Assembly: GCA_964016885.1 (NCBI GenBank)
Contig: OZ024744.1
Span: 44,640,001 to 44,704,000, forward strand
From: Eledone cirrhosa
Taxonomy: Eukaryota
Reading direction: 5' to 3'
Length of the DNA stretch: 64,000 nt
The first letter of the stretch is position 1, and every line of letters begins with the position of its first letter. Shown one piece after another: positions 24,535 through 36,855 of the stretch. Under the pieces are notes generated by a model that was not told the DNA's origin, made no database searches, and saw only the letters and a list, made by a program, of their open reading frames with translations. The position numbers were made by a program, and so were the translations under genes.

Positions 24535-25310
24535 ATCTTCGAGTCTACTCACCTCGAGCCGCTGATTTCTGTCCTTCGAGGTAATGTTTTACCTAACACA
24601 GTTTCGACAATATTTTGCTTTTTTAACAGCTTCCTAACGCCGAGTTTTTCCTTTTTCCTACGAATTCTAATACATTCGCCTTTCGGAAGTCGATATTCCA
24701 GTTAATTTTGTTTACACCTTCTCATAGTTATTCAAGGCCTCTATCGTCGATTGATACCATGCTGAAGGTGCGTTGTCTTTTCTTTCATTTTCGTCTGTTC
24801 TCTTTTCTCTCTTACTGCTCCTATTCTTTCTCTCCCTCCCTGTCACTTTTGACTTCTTTCTTCCCTTCTCCCTTCTACAGGCCACTTCTGGTTACAGTGC
24901 CATTGTTCTTCCTTTCTCGCGACGATTTGAGGTCCATTGGACACACTCCATTTTCTCTCTCTGCCCTGTCCCAACACAAACAGTATACCAACGAAGATAT
25001 TTATTTCTCCGCTGTTAAGAGCCACCTATTCTTCGCAGGAATTTCAGTTTAATCGTTGAAACTGCAGGTTGTCTGAAATCTGATGAGTATATTTAAATGT
25101 TTGTGATCTCTTCTCAGCCATTCTATTTCTTCCTTCCTATCAATTCTTCGAGTCAACTCACTTCTAGCCGCTAATTTCTATCCTTCGAGGTAATATTTTA
25201 CCCAACGCCGCTTCGACGACATTTTGCTATTTTAACATCTTCCGTACGCCGAAGTTTTCCATTTTCCTACGAATTCTAATACACTTGCCTTTCAAAACTC
25301 GATATTCGAA
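24535..25310. repeat. Diverged ~170-bp direct repeats (24535-24700 / 25145-25310)
   Basis: TCTTCGAGTC.ACTCAC.TC.AGCCGCT.ATTTCT.TCCTTCGAGGTAAT...TTCCTACGAATTCTAATACA in both copies. Confidence 0.85.
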
Positions 25311-26182
25311 TTTATATATATATATGCTTTAGAATTTTTGTTCGCCTTTTGCATATATATATCATATTATATTTAAGCGAAAACAAAAACAAAAACACAT
25401 TTAGGGAATTTAAACCAGACAGGCAAAACTAAGTTAGTTTCACTTAAACATTTCAATGAATGAATGAAATAAATACATAAGATATTACTCAGAGAAGCTA
25501 CATTACATATTAAATTATAAGCGAAAAGAAACTCTCTTTATGGGACTATAAACCAGACAGACAGAATTAAGTTAGTCTCATTTATATACACATCTCCCGA
25601 CCATGGTTCCGAACGCAGAAGAAACAACAAATTACTGGAATAACCAATATTGGAAGAATCCGTGATACTCTTAAGGGGAGTTGTTCTTCAAACTATAAAG
25701 CTATATCGATAATGAAAGTATACATACCTTTCCATTGTCGATACCGTATGCTGCCCAAAACACGTTGTGTTGTTGAATTATTAAATAATCATGTCTCTAG
25801 TACATTTGGACTATGCGAGAGGCTTATACTGATGCTAGAAATAGTTGCAAAAACCCGAAGGTGTAAGATTAATTATATGAAGAGTTTTCCAATGCATAGC
25901 GAAATGAACAGACCTCCTTTTTCTCGAACACAATGTTTTCGTTTTTGCCAGAGCACACTCTCCTTTCTCTTATTATTTCTTCTTTAAGTTCTCATTATAC
26001 TTTTCTATGAAAGACTAGCCTCCGAAACGTTAAATGTTTCTATCATATTATGCGTGAAACTAATATATATTCATCTTCTGTTGTGTTTTATTTCGTTTAC
26101 TTTTCACACATACACAACATATATATATATATATTATGAAAGTAAAACAAAGAAGCCTTCAATACATCAAAAGTCTTTATTA

Positions 26183-26220
26183 GCCAACAATATTTCGTCC
26201 TATTAAGGACTCATCGGGGC
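26183..26220 (-). ncRNA. Minimal hammerhead ribozyme (CCGAUGA core)
   Basis: Reverse complement: GCC CCGATGA GTCCT-TAAT-AGGAC GAAA TATT GTT GGC. Confidence 0.75.
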
Positions 26221-26960
26221 AATTAAAACAACAAGAAGTATTATCGGCCAATACAAGCCGAAAACTCCGAAGAATATGGAGTGTACATACACTAAAGTAT
26301 TGCAAGATTATGGATAAAAATATAATAAAAATCACTAAGGAGGTGTATAACATTTAGAACCATATTACAAATATAGTCCAAAGCAAAAAAAACCTAGAGC
26401 TAAACAAAGGTGGTTATATAGAGCGGGAATTATATATAATGCTATATAATATAAGATAATATACTTGTAACAATATTAAAATTACAATAAAAATTAAAAG
26501 GTACAATATACATATGTATATATATACGCACACGTACGCACATATACACATACATCAATACACATATCCATCTTTAACAGCACAAATTAAACCTTATTAA
26601 GAGTTTAAATATAAATAAGCATGATAGGAATAAAAATAATAATGATAATAATAATACGTATATCTAATATACATGAGGTAATAATATGATATGATTATAA
26701 GTAGCACATATAATATATAATAAACTATACAATTATATACTATATAATATAATATAATAGATAATCTCCGGTTAATTTACACAAACAATATAGATGTCAC
26801 AATAATACTATAATAATAATATAATAACATATATAATATATAATATATAATGGCATGCAAGTTAACAAATCAATTCATATAGAGTTACAGAGTAGGTGAG
26901 AAAATAATAGACGACAGCAGATCTACTGGAGGTAGAAATAGTAAGAGACTTAATGCAATT

Positions 26961-27854
26961 TTGGCTGATTCTAATAATGCGGTTTTAACTAATCCTTGTA
27001 GTAACCCTAGTCTTAATAGTGGGATATTAGATAATGGTAGAGTCGGTAAGGATAAAAATAGAAGGAGACTAAATACTTATTTTAACCCGCCATATAATCA
27101 GGAAGTATTAACTAATGTCACTAGGTCTTTCTTTTCTATCTTAGAGAAAAATTTCCCCCCTTATCATAAATACCATAGTAGTTTTAATAAAAATGTTATT
27201 AAACTTTCATTCTCTACAACCCCTAATATTAGTTCTCATTTAGCTAGCACTAACAATAGGAAAATTAGGGATGGATTCTCCTCTCTACATACTACTAGTC
27301 TGAACAGATCTGGAAATGCCTTACCACCAGAACAGACTTTATCTAATAGCAATCCTACGTGTAATGCATCACTACTTCAGCCAACCAATAGCACCCGGAA
27401 GTGTAACTGTAGAGTGAGTGCTAACTGCCCTTTAAACGGTAACTGCCTCTCTAAGAACATCGTCTATGCTTGCGTAGTTATAACTAATTCCTCTAATAGA
27501 ACTTATATAAGCTCTACATCTAACACTTTTAAGACTAGGTTTAATTCTCATATCTCTAATTTCAAACATGTTAAGTTTAAGAATTCTACTTCTTTAGCAC
27601 ACTATATCTGGGATCTTAAGGGGGCTAATATACCATATAGCCTTAATTGGCGTTTAGTAGCACGCTCTAATAACCTTTCTACACATACTAAATTTTGTAA
27701 TCTCTCTATCCTCGAGACACACTCTATAATTTTCTCTAGCGAATCCTTACTTAATAGAAAGTCTGAGATATTCTCTTCTTGCCCCCACGCTATTTCTAAT
27801 TTTTACTTTTATTATAAACCTAAAGGTTCTAGTAGTATAAATTGTATCCATTAG
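26961..27854 (+). mobile_element. Naiad-type Penelope thumb/linker/GIY-YIG fragment
   Basis: YFNPPYN..V.TNV, KNFPP.HKY, CNCRVSANCPLNGNC, NIVY, FKTRFNSH, LNRKSEIFSSCPH. Confidence 0.85.
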
Positions 27855-28079
27855 CTGATATATTCCATTACTTATTTTTTGGTTTAGGTTCTTTTTGTTT
27901 ACCACCATTATTATCATCATTATTATCATTGGTTTTTGACAACTCTTTATTCTAGCTCTCATAATCTTTTGGCTACTATACCATATCTTTCTTCTTACGC
28001 ATTAAATTTTCACTATTAACACCTTATGAGTATATATCTGATTATATATTTTACATTATTTCATTTTATTTCATTTTAT

Positions 28080-29390
28080 TTTATTAAAATAAAATGAAAT
28101 AAATGAAATAATAAATTAAGGATGAATAATCTAGCGTCAAAAAATGTGTACGAAGAAGGAGAGGGAGTTAATATGTATTGAGATTAAAAAGTTTGATGAT
28201 AGAGAGAAAAAAATAATAATTGCGGATGAATATTCTAACGTCAAAAAAATTGTGTGTATGTTTACAAGTATTATGGAAATTTGAAAATTAACGAAGAGAA
28301 AAAATTATTAAGGTTTGTGTATTGAAGGATTTGAGAAAAATAAGGTTTGTATATTGAAGGAATTGATAATATGTGCGAAGAAAGAGTTAATATGTATTAA
28401 AAAATTATTAAGGTTTGTGTATTGAAGGATTTGAGAAAAATAGTGTGAAGTTAAGGTTTGTATATTGAAGGAATTGATAATATGTGCGAAGAAAGAGTTA
28501 ATATGTATTAAGAATGAGTTAGATGATGGGGAGAAAAAAAAATAATAAATTAAGGATGAATAATCTAGCGTCCTTAATTTATTATTTTTTTTCTCCCCAT
28601 CACGTAACTCATTCTTAATACATATTAACTCTTTCTTCGCACATATTATCAATTCCATCAATATACAAACCTTAACTTCACATTATTTTTCTCAAATCCT
28701 TCAATACACAAACCTTAATAATTTTTTCTCTTCGTTAATTTTCAAATTTCCATAATACTTGTAAACATACACACAATTTTTTTTTTGACGTTAGAATATT
28801 CATCCGCAATTATTATTATTTTCTCTCTATCATCAAACCTTTTAATCTCAATACATATTAACTCCCTCTCCTTCTTCGTACATATTTTTCCCTTCGTTAA
28901 TTTTCAAATTCTTTTAATTTATACATTATCTTCCAACGGTTTTCAACCTCTCTATGTAAAACAATATATCTTTTCTCAGTTATAAAAACTATCGCTTTCT
29001 CTCTATCACCCATCTCTCCCTCTCCACCTTCACTCTCATCTCCTCCCCTTTTTTCATCCTTTCCACCCCCCCCCCCTCTCTAAATAAAATATTTTTCCCA
29101 ATATCACACATCAATCTAAAATTACTTTTCATATGTTGATTTAAAACTGCACTATCCACAAGTGTTTTTTAGCCTTCATATCATGTTCTCCTGTTTTATC
29201 TGATGAAAACACAAATATTATTGCATGATGATGTTTGTTTTTGAAATGCGCATAATAAAATACATGGAACTCCTTTAACCATCTTTTGATCTTATATATT
29301 ATGTATACTCCAGTCCTACAAACTGTAGAGTGCTTCTTATCCGATATCTGCATTGCTTTATTGTACTATAATAAAACTCACCTCCTACAT
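28080..29390. mobile_element. Second family-A fold-back (asymmetric; HHR on right arm only)
   Basis: Palindrome centred at ~28558-28570. The right arm ends ...CTCACCTCCTACA(TA)n, the same terminus as 18642 on the opposite strand. Confidence 0.8.
29192..29262 (+). ncRNA. Type I hammerhead ribozyme (family A)
   Basis: TGTTTTAT CTGATGA ... GAAA TGCGC ATA ATAAAATA. Confidence 0.85.
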
Positions 29391-29817
29391 TATATATATA
29401 TATATATATATATTTCTTTATTTATATATATATAGTTATGTAATAAACAACATAAGGCAATTATTCCATTTACCAGTGGTTTCTTAAAAGCAAAAGATTT
29501 TGCTACAACTATTGAGCTTTGACAGTGGTCCCACTCGTGTATACTGTTGAAGATGAAGAGAAAGACTGTAAAAACTAGCTTATCTTTATAATTTAAAATT
29601 GATACACACTACGATACTTTTTGCCTTATGACAGCTGGTTTTCACGCCGTAACATTAGATACATTATATACCCCCCACCTAAGTAATGTCAGGGTCTCCT
29701 TAAATAGTTTATTGATAGCATTGTTGTAATAATTGTTGTTGTTATTGTTCTAATTGAATGCCATAACTACTCCATATTTTATTTTATTTTATTGCCTGTG
29801 TATTTTCTTCATTCTCG

Positions 29818-29930
29818 CATGCTCCGAAGATCTGACTAGTTATAATTCTGTATTGGCGATCGAGTGACGCAAAATTAGGCGGATAGCGATCTCTAGACAT
29901 ACCAGTTCAGTGAAACAAATGTACGCTATG
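29818..29930 (+). ncRNA. Hammerhead-like motif (CCGAAGA core, long loop II)
   Basis: CCGAAGA-TCTGACT...AGTTCAGT-GAAAC-AAAT-GTA; imperfect stem I. Confidence 0.5.
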
Positions 29931-30150
29931 TGATTAAAAACTTTTTGTATAGCAAACCATGTAAACCTTCTTTCCTGATTTATTATTACTCCAAGTGTTT
30001 ACAACATAGGAATTACAGCATACCCGCAGCATCACTATGAAAACGCCTTGTTGAGTCAAACCAAGCCAAGCGTTAATATCATCCACTACCTGGAATACCA
30101 TAACTGGACTTCACCTAAGTGGACTGCATTTAACTATTATTTGTTAATCC

Positions 30151-30231
<81 letters not shown>

Positions 30232-30396
30232 TACACATATACATACACTCATACATACACACACACACATATATACACACATATATGTGTATATAAATAC
30301 ACACAAACACATACATATACACATATATACATACATAAATATCAACACATCCATACATATACATACATATATACAACCACACACACATATACATAC

Positions 30397-30447
<51 letters not shown>

Positions 30448-30451
<4 letters not shown>

Positions 30452-30840
30452 ATACTTTGGGAGGGTCATGTTGCCAATAAGAAACACACGCACCAGAGAA
30501 AAAAAAAAGAAAAAATGAACACAAACACACACAGACACCCGGATGTGGCGCATGCGCAAACTGAGCACGCAACCCACACACAAACAAAATGGCGTAGGAT
30601 AGAAGAAAGGAAAGGCACAGAAACGAAGAAAGAAATCCCCAGTCACTGAAGAGGTCACAGAGTGTGTGACGAAAGAACTATGACTATATATATATAAACA
30701 ACTATCTGGTTGTGGAACCAACCAACCAACCAGAAATTTATAAATTTGTAAATTTATAAATATATATTAAATTAAATTGAAGTGAAAGCAACTGGTGCGT
30801 GTGTTTCTTATTGGCAACATGACCCTCCCAAAGTATAACA
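30448..30840. mobile_element. 393-bp TGT...ACA element with perfect 49-bp TIRs (Ginger-like MITE or unusual solo LTR)
   Basis: TIRs at 30448-30496 and 30792-30840; ATAT on both flanks (possible 4-bp TSD). Confidence 0.7.
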
Positions 30841-30896
30841 ATATCGGTTTCAACACACGATTTCAGATAAAGAATCTTGCTAAACAAATTCAGAAA

Positions 30897-30899
<3 letters not shown>

Positions 30900-30933
<34 letters not shown>

Positions 30934-31757
30934 TAGATACATATACATATATATATATGTGTACAAGCATACACATACACAAACATAACCATACACACAT
31001 ACATATACATGCATACATACATGCACACAATCATACATATATACACACGTACATACATACACATACATAAATGCACTCCTCTACATATTCACACACGCAA
31101 ATAAATATAAGAAACAAAATATATATATGTATGTGTATATAATTACATATACATATCTGTGTGTATATGTGTGTGTATAATTGTATACGTGTGCGTGTGC
31201 GTGTTTTTGCATGTATTTGTGTATGCGTATGTATATGTTTATGTATTTGTATATGTATATTTATGTGTGAGAGTGTGTGTATGTGTTTACTATTTCGTAC
31301 GTATGTATACGTGCATTTGTGTGTATTACTTACCACGCGTGTCTCTCCAGTTTCATTTCATTTATTGATTTATTGATAATTTATCTGAGTGTCCCGAATC
31401 TTCCATATCGAACTTATCGGTTATTTGGTTGATTGTAGACATATTCTACGTGTGACGGTATTTAACGATAGTTATAGCTCTAATTTATTTGAATTATAGA
31501 GCCCTTTGCCGCTCATCTCGAATTTTGTTTATCGTGAACTCGTGCGCCGATTTTTCGATACTCGATTATTCTACTATATATATATATATATATATATTTT
31601 GTTTCTTATATTTATTTGCGTGTGTGAATATGTAGAGGAGTGCATTTATGTATGTGTATGTATGTACATGTGTATATATGTATGATTGTGTGCATGTATG
31701 CATGTATATGTATGTGTGTATGGTTACGTTTGTGTATGTGTATGCTTGTACACATAT

Positions 31758-31849
<92 letters not shown>

Positions 31850-32012
31850 ATGTGTGTATGTATATGTATTTATATTTATGTTTCTATGTGTATGTATGTG
31901 TGTATATATGTGTATGTGGTTGTATATATGTATGTGTATGTATGGATGTGTCGCTATTTATGTATGTATATATGTGTGTGTGTGTATGTATGAGTGTATG
32001 TATATGTGTATA

Positions 32013-32056
<44 letters not shown>

Positions 32057-32073
32057 TATATATATATATATAT

Positions 32074-32142
<69 letters not shown>

Positions 32143-32466
32143 CGTGTGTATGTATGCTTTTGTGTGTGAGTGTGCGTGTTTTTTATGTGTGTGTGTTTGC
32201 ATGTGTAGTTTTATTTTATTTTTCCTTTCCTTCTTCCTTCTCCAGCCTCACTTTCATATAGATTGCATTTTTGTTTTTAAAATCCAAATTCAATAAACAG
32301 ACCAGGATTTATTCATTCTGAGGATTGAAAGCAAAATCTTTTGCTTTTAAGAAACCCCTGGTAAATGGAATAATTGCCTTATGTTGTTTATTACATAACT
32401 ATTAAGCTCTGTTACCTACATAGAGCACTCTCTTTTCCTGGACTTTTCCGACGGAATTACTTCATT

Positions 32467-32470
<4 letters not shown>
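30900..32470. mobile_element. Microsatellite-rich HHR element, family B, partly folded back
   Basis: 30900-31120 is the reverse complement of ~31590-31800. The plus arm runs to the HHR at 32309 and is homologous to 56200-56960 (minus). Confidence 0.7.
32309..32373 (+). ncRNA. Type I hammerhead ribozyme (family B)
   Basis: TTATTCATT CTGAGGA TTGAAAGCAAAA-TC-TTTTGCTTTTAA GAAA CC-CCT-GG TA AATGGAATAA. Confidence 0.85.
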
Positions 32471-32520
<50 letters not shown>

Positions 32521-32649
32521 AAAGTTTTATATAAAATTGTTGGGTTACAACAAGTAAATATTTTATAACTGATATAAAGCACTCGACAAGTTTTGGAGTC
32601 GATATACGATATTAAACAAATGGAAACTATATTTATAAAACCATATTTA

Positions 32650-32713
32650 TTTCATTATACATATTTCGGGGATACCATATTAAAAATATGGCATGCCTTC
32701 TTCAGATAAAATA
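32650..32713 (-). ncRNA. Hammerhead motif (family C)
   Basis: Reverse complement: CTGAAGA, 10-bp stem ATGCCATATT/AATATGGTAT, GAAA TAT GTA. Weak stem I. Confidence 0.65.
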
Positions 32714-33472
32714 CAATATATAAACAGTTTTATAAATAATTTTGACGTACCATAAATATTGACCAACCATTGTTGAGCAAAATTATTTTCACACATTATA
32801 TATCTATGTCTCATTCATGAATATTGATATTTACATTATATTACCCAATTCATATTAATTGATAATTCAAATTGATAGGACATAACGTAAAGATGTAAAT
32901 CTATCATCCCTCTCTCTAGATATAGCTCTTTCTTCTGCTCCCTCTTTATATATGATGAAATCTATGTATCGGTTGTTTTAACTTTGCCTCTCGAGTTTCT
33001 CTCTTGTTTCTCTCTCATTTCTCTCCTATTTCTCTCACCTCCCCATATATAATTATTATTATTTGGGCTACCTCTATTCTTCCCCCCACCTCTATCTTTC
33101 TCTCTCTCTGTTTTCTCTTCATTTCTTATTTTCTCTCCGTCTCCTCCCCAACTGCCCTTAATACTATAACTAAATAATTACAGTACACCCTCCCTCCTAA
33201 ATCTCTCAATTTGTATGATGAATTATTATTATTCATCTGTTGCCTCAGCTGCCTCTATTTTTTCACCTCCTCACTATCTCTCTCTCCCCTATCTCTCTCT
33301 ATTTCTCTCTGTTTTTCTTTACATACATTTCTTCTTTTTCTCTGTCTTTCTTTTTAACTGTGCTTAACACTTTATATTTGTAAACATCTCACTACCAAAC
33401 CAACTTTTTTACATAACGGTTGGTCAGTATTTATGGTACGTCAAAATTATTTATAAAACTGTTTATATATTG

Positions 33473-33538
33473 TATTTTATCTGAAGAAGGCATGCCATAT
33501 TTTTAATATGGTATCCCCGAAATATGTATAATGAAATA
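33473..33538 (+). ncRNA. Hammerhead motif (family C)
   Basis: Mirror copy of 32650-32713. Confidence 0.65.
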
Positions 33539-33578
33539 AATATGGTTTTATAAATATAGTTTCCATTTGTTTAATATC

Positions 33579-33617
<39 letters not shown>

Positions 33618-33746
33618 TAGGAAAAGAATCAGAACCCCGACGGCTAAGCTCCGGCCGTTTCGACAAGTAGATCCGAACTAATCCACTCTACTACCCTAGT
33701 ACTCTGGTGCGCTATGGTCCACCTGGTTTCTTACCACACTTTCTTT

Positions 33747-33855
<109 letters not shown>

Positions 33856-34254
33856 ATATATATATATATATTCAATTAGAAAGTGAACAACACAATATAT
33901 AACTACCCCATTACCAAATGTTTCAGGGTCCTAGACAATATTGACATACGTCTAGTTCGTTCAACAGATAAAAAAATTATAAATATATGAAAATACGAAA
34001 TGAAATTGAAAATCTATTAGGATTGAAAGTGAAACTGAAAAATATAACGGAAATACGTAATAAGGAATATATGTAAACATTATATAAAGATTATATAGAA
34101 AATTATAAAAATTAGGAAGCCTATGTGTAGATACATACACGTATACATATACACGCATTCAGATATAAGTAAAAATGTATGTATATATATATATACACGA
34201 CAAATACATATATGCGTGCACATACATATATATGAAACAAACACATACGTATAA

Positions 34255-34920
34255 ACACAAACCACTCCAGTCACATCACATTAGTCTATAATGTCTGGAC
34301 ACAAACCACTCCAGTCACATCACATCAGTCTATCAGTGTGTAGACACAACTCCAACAAGTTCATATTAGTCTGTCACGTTCTGGACTCCAACCACAATCT
34401 CATTAGACATTTCATGTCTCAACACAAACCACTCCAATTGCAATCTCATTAGTCTGTCAATGGCAGAAAACCAACCAAATACGTATTAGTATGTCAAATT
34501 ATGGACACAAACCACATCAACACAGACTTATTAGATTGTAAATCAATGAAACAAAATCAAATCACATCAGACTGTTAAGTTCTGAACACCAACCAAAATC
34601 CCATTAGTCTGTCAGGTTATGGACACCACCTAGATCACATAAGTCTGTCAATGTCATAACACCAACAACAATCACATTAGACACGGACAAAACACCAACC
34701 ACATCACATTAGCCTGTAACGTTCTGAACACCAACTAGATCATATAAGTCTGTCAAGGTCAACATACTAACCACATTGCATAAGTCTGTCAAGGACAAAA
34801 CAACAACCACATCACAGAAGATTTTCAATGTCATAACAGCAACCTCAATCACATTAGATAGTCTCAGTCAGAACACCAACCACATCACATTAGCCTGACA
34901 AGTTCTGAACAAAAACAATA
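34255..34920. repeat. Diverged ~39-bp minisatellite
   Basis: Recurring CACCAACCACATCACATTAGTCTGTCAA-like units. Confidence 0.85.
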
Positions 34921-35444
34921 CCAATTTCATTATACGACATCAAAGGGTTTAAAAACTTCCATCCCTTATAAATTGATTTAAAGAAGTAAGAATATTTTTC
35001 CTTTCTCTAACCCTAACTTTTAAGATCATAGCGTCTATTTTTGCGGTTGAATGGTTATTGTTTATGATGCTAAAAAAATTGAATTGAATCAATAAACACC
35101 GTACTGTTTAGATAGTTGCTACAGTTTCATATAAGTAAATGTTGGATCTGCCATTGGCTAGCAAACTTTTAAACATAAACCTATATTTTCTGTAAACTTT
35201 CAAAGTTTATATATTAATGAAAATATTTTCTGTTGACCGGAGTTCAGTAGAGAAGCATACAACTGAAATATAAGTAAGTTGCATACTATTGTATTTATTC
35301 TTTGATTTTAAGTGTAGTTTTCTGTAATTCTCTTATAAATCATTTGTGATTTAGAGTCACCAACATCACGTTAGTTTTATTTATGTGACACCAGTATGTT
35401 TTTTTGGTGTTTATTTTGTTGAAGCTACACTGATTAAGGGTGAG

Positions 35445-36390
35445 ACCAACTCACAACAGAGAGTTACTCTGCCACATCTGGTAACACACAACATAGAGAG
35501 TTACTTTATCACATTTGTTAACACACAACAGAGAGAGTAACACTGTCTTATCTGGTAACTCACAACATAGAGAGTTACTCTGCCACATCTGGTAACACAC
35601 AACAGAGAGAGTTATTCTGTTACATCTGCCATCTCACAACAGAGAGAGTAACTCTGTTATATCTGCCATCTCACAACAAAGAGTGTTACTCTATCGCATC
35701 TGCCAATTTACAATATAGAGAGGTACATCTCCTCTGCCAACTCACAACAAAGAGAGGTACAACATCACATCCACCAACTCACAAGAAAGAGAATCACATC
35801 TTATATACAACTAACAACAAAGAGAGATACCGCATCACATCCAACAACTCACAACAAAAGAGACACAACATCCACCATAAAACAACAATGAGACACATAG
35901 CATCACATCCACTAACTCACAACAAAGTGAGGTACCACATCACATCCACTATCTCACAACAAAGAGAGACACAGCATCACATCCACAAACTAACAACAAA
36001 GAGATGTACCACATCACATCCACCAACTTACAACAAACATAATCACATCACATCTACCAACTCACAACAAAGAGAGACACAGCATAACGTCCACCAACTC
36101 AAAACAAAGTGAGGTAAACATTCACCTCCACCATCTCACAAGAGAATCACATCTCATATATTAACTCACAATAAAGAGAAGTACCACATCACAACTTCCA
36201 ACTCACAATAAAGAGAAGTACCGCATCACATCCACCAACTTACAACAAAAAGAGCCACATCATCACATCCACCATCTCACAACAAAGAGAATCACATCTC
36301 ATATATTAACTCATAATAAAGAGAGGTACCACATCACAACTTCCAAATTACAAACAAGAGAGGTACAACATCCCATCTGCTAACTCACCA
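35445..36390. repeat. Diverged ~36-38-bp minisatellite
   Basis: Recurring CACATC(C/T)..CAACTCACAACA(A/G)AGAGAG units. Confidence 0.85.
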
Positions 36391-36634
36391 CTTATTGCTA
36401 TAGTAATAATAGAAATAATTAATTTGATAATGATACCAGTAATTAATATGTCCTCACATATCCTAAAGGTAGTAATAATAAATTGAAATTGGTGAAGTCT
36501 AGAATGAAGCCCAACAATCTCTTACTGTGTCTAGTGAAAGGTTTTGCTTGAAGTGAAACAGACTGTAAAAACTGTAATGTATTACTGGAAGTTATTTTAT
36601 AGAAACCTGTATGTATTGAGTACAACATGTATCA

Positions 36635-36821
36635 GGGCGTTGGCAGTATCGGTAGAGAGTCGGACGCCATGCTTTCCAGCATAGAGTTACGCCCCTTTAT
36701 GGTCTGAGTTCAAATCCCGCCGCGGTTAACTTTGCTTTCATCCTTACATGGTCGATAAAATAAAGTACCAGTAATGCACTGGGATAATTGCTGGCCTTGT
36801 GCCAATAGTAGAAACAATTAT
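36635..36821 (+). mobile_element. tRNA-derived SINE
   Basis: A-box TGGCAGTATCGGTAG, B-box GAGTTCAAATCCC, conserved core, GAAACAATTATT end. Confidence 0.88.
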
Positions 36822-36855
36822 TGAAACTGATTCAACTGACATGAGAGGTGGATAA

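Larger units (their letters stand above)
32603..33582. mobile_element. Fold-back element, family C (~170-bp inverted arms each with an HHR)
   Basis: 32603-32772 is the reverse complement of ~33415-33582; pyrimidine-rich non-coding core; flanked by (TA)n. Confidence 0.8.

Noticed and set aside
26003-26035. HHR-like CTATGA...CCGAAACGTTA
   Set aside because: Core is incomplete and stems I/II do not pair convincingly.
34255-36390. CRISPR-like periodic arrays
   Set aside because: Whole units are degenerate copies with no unique spacers, there are no cas genes, and the context is eukaryotic.
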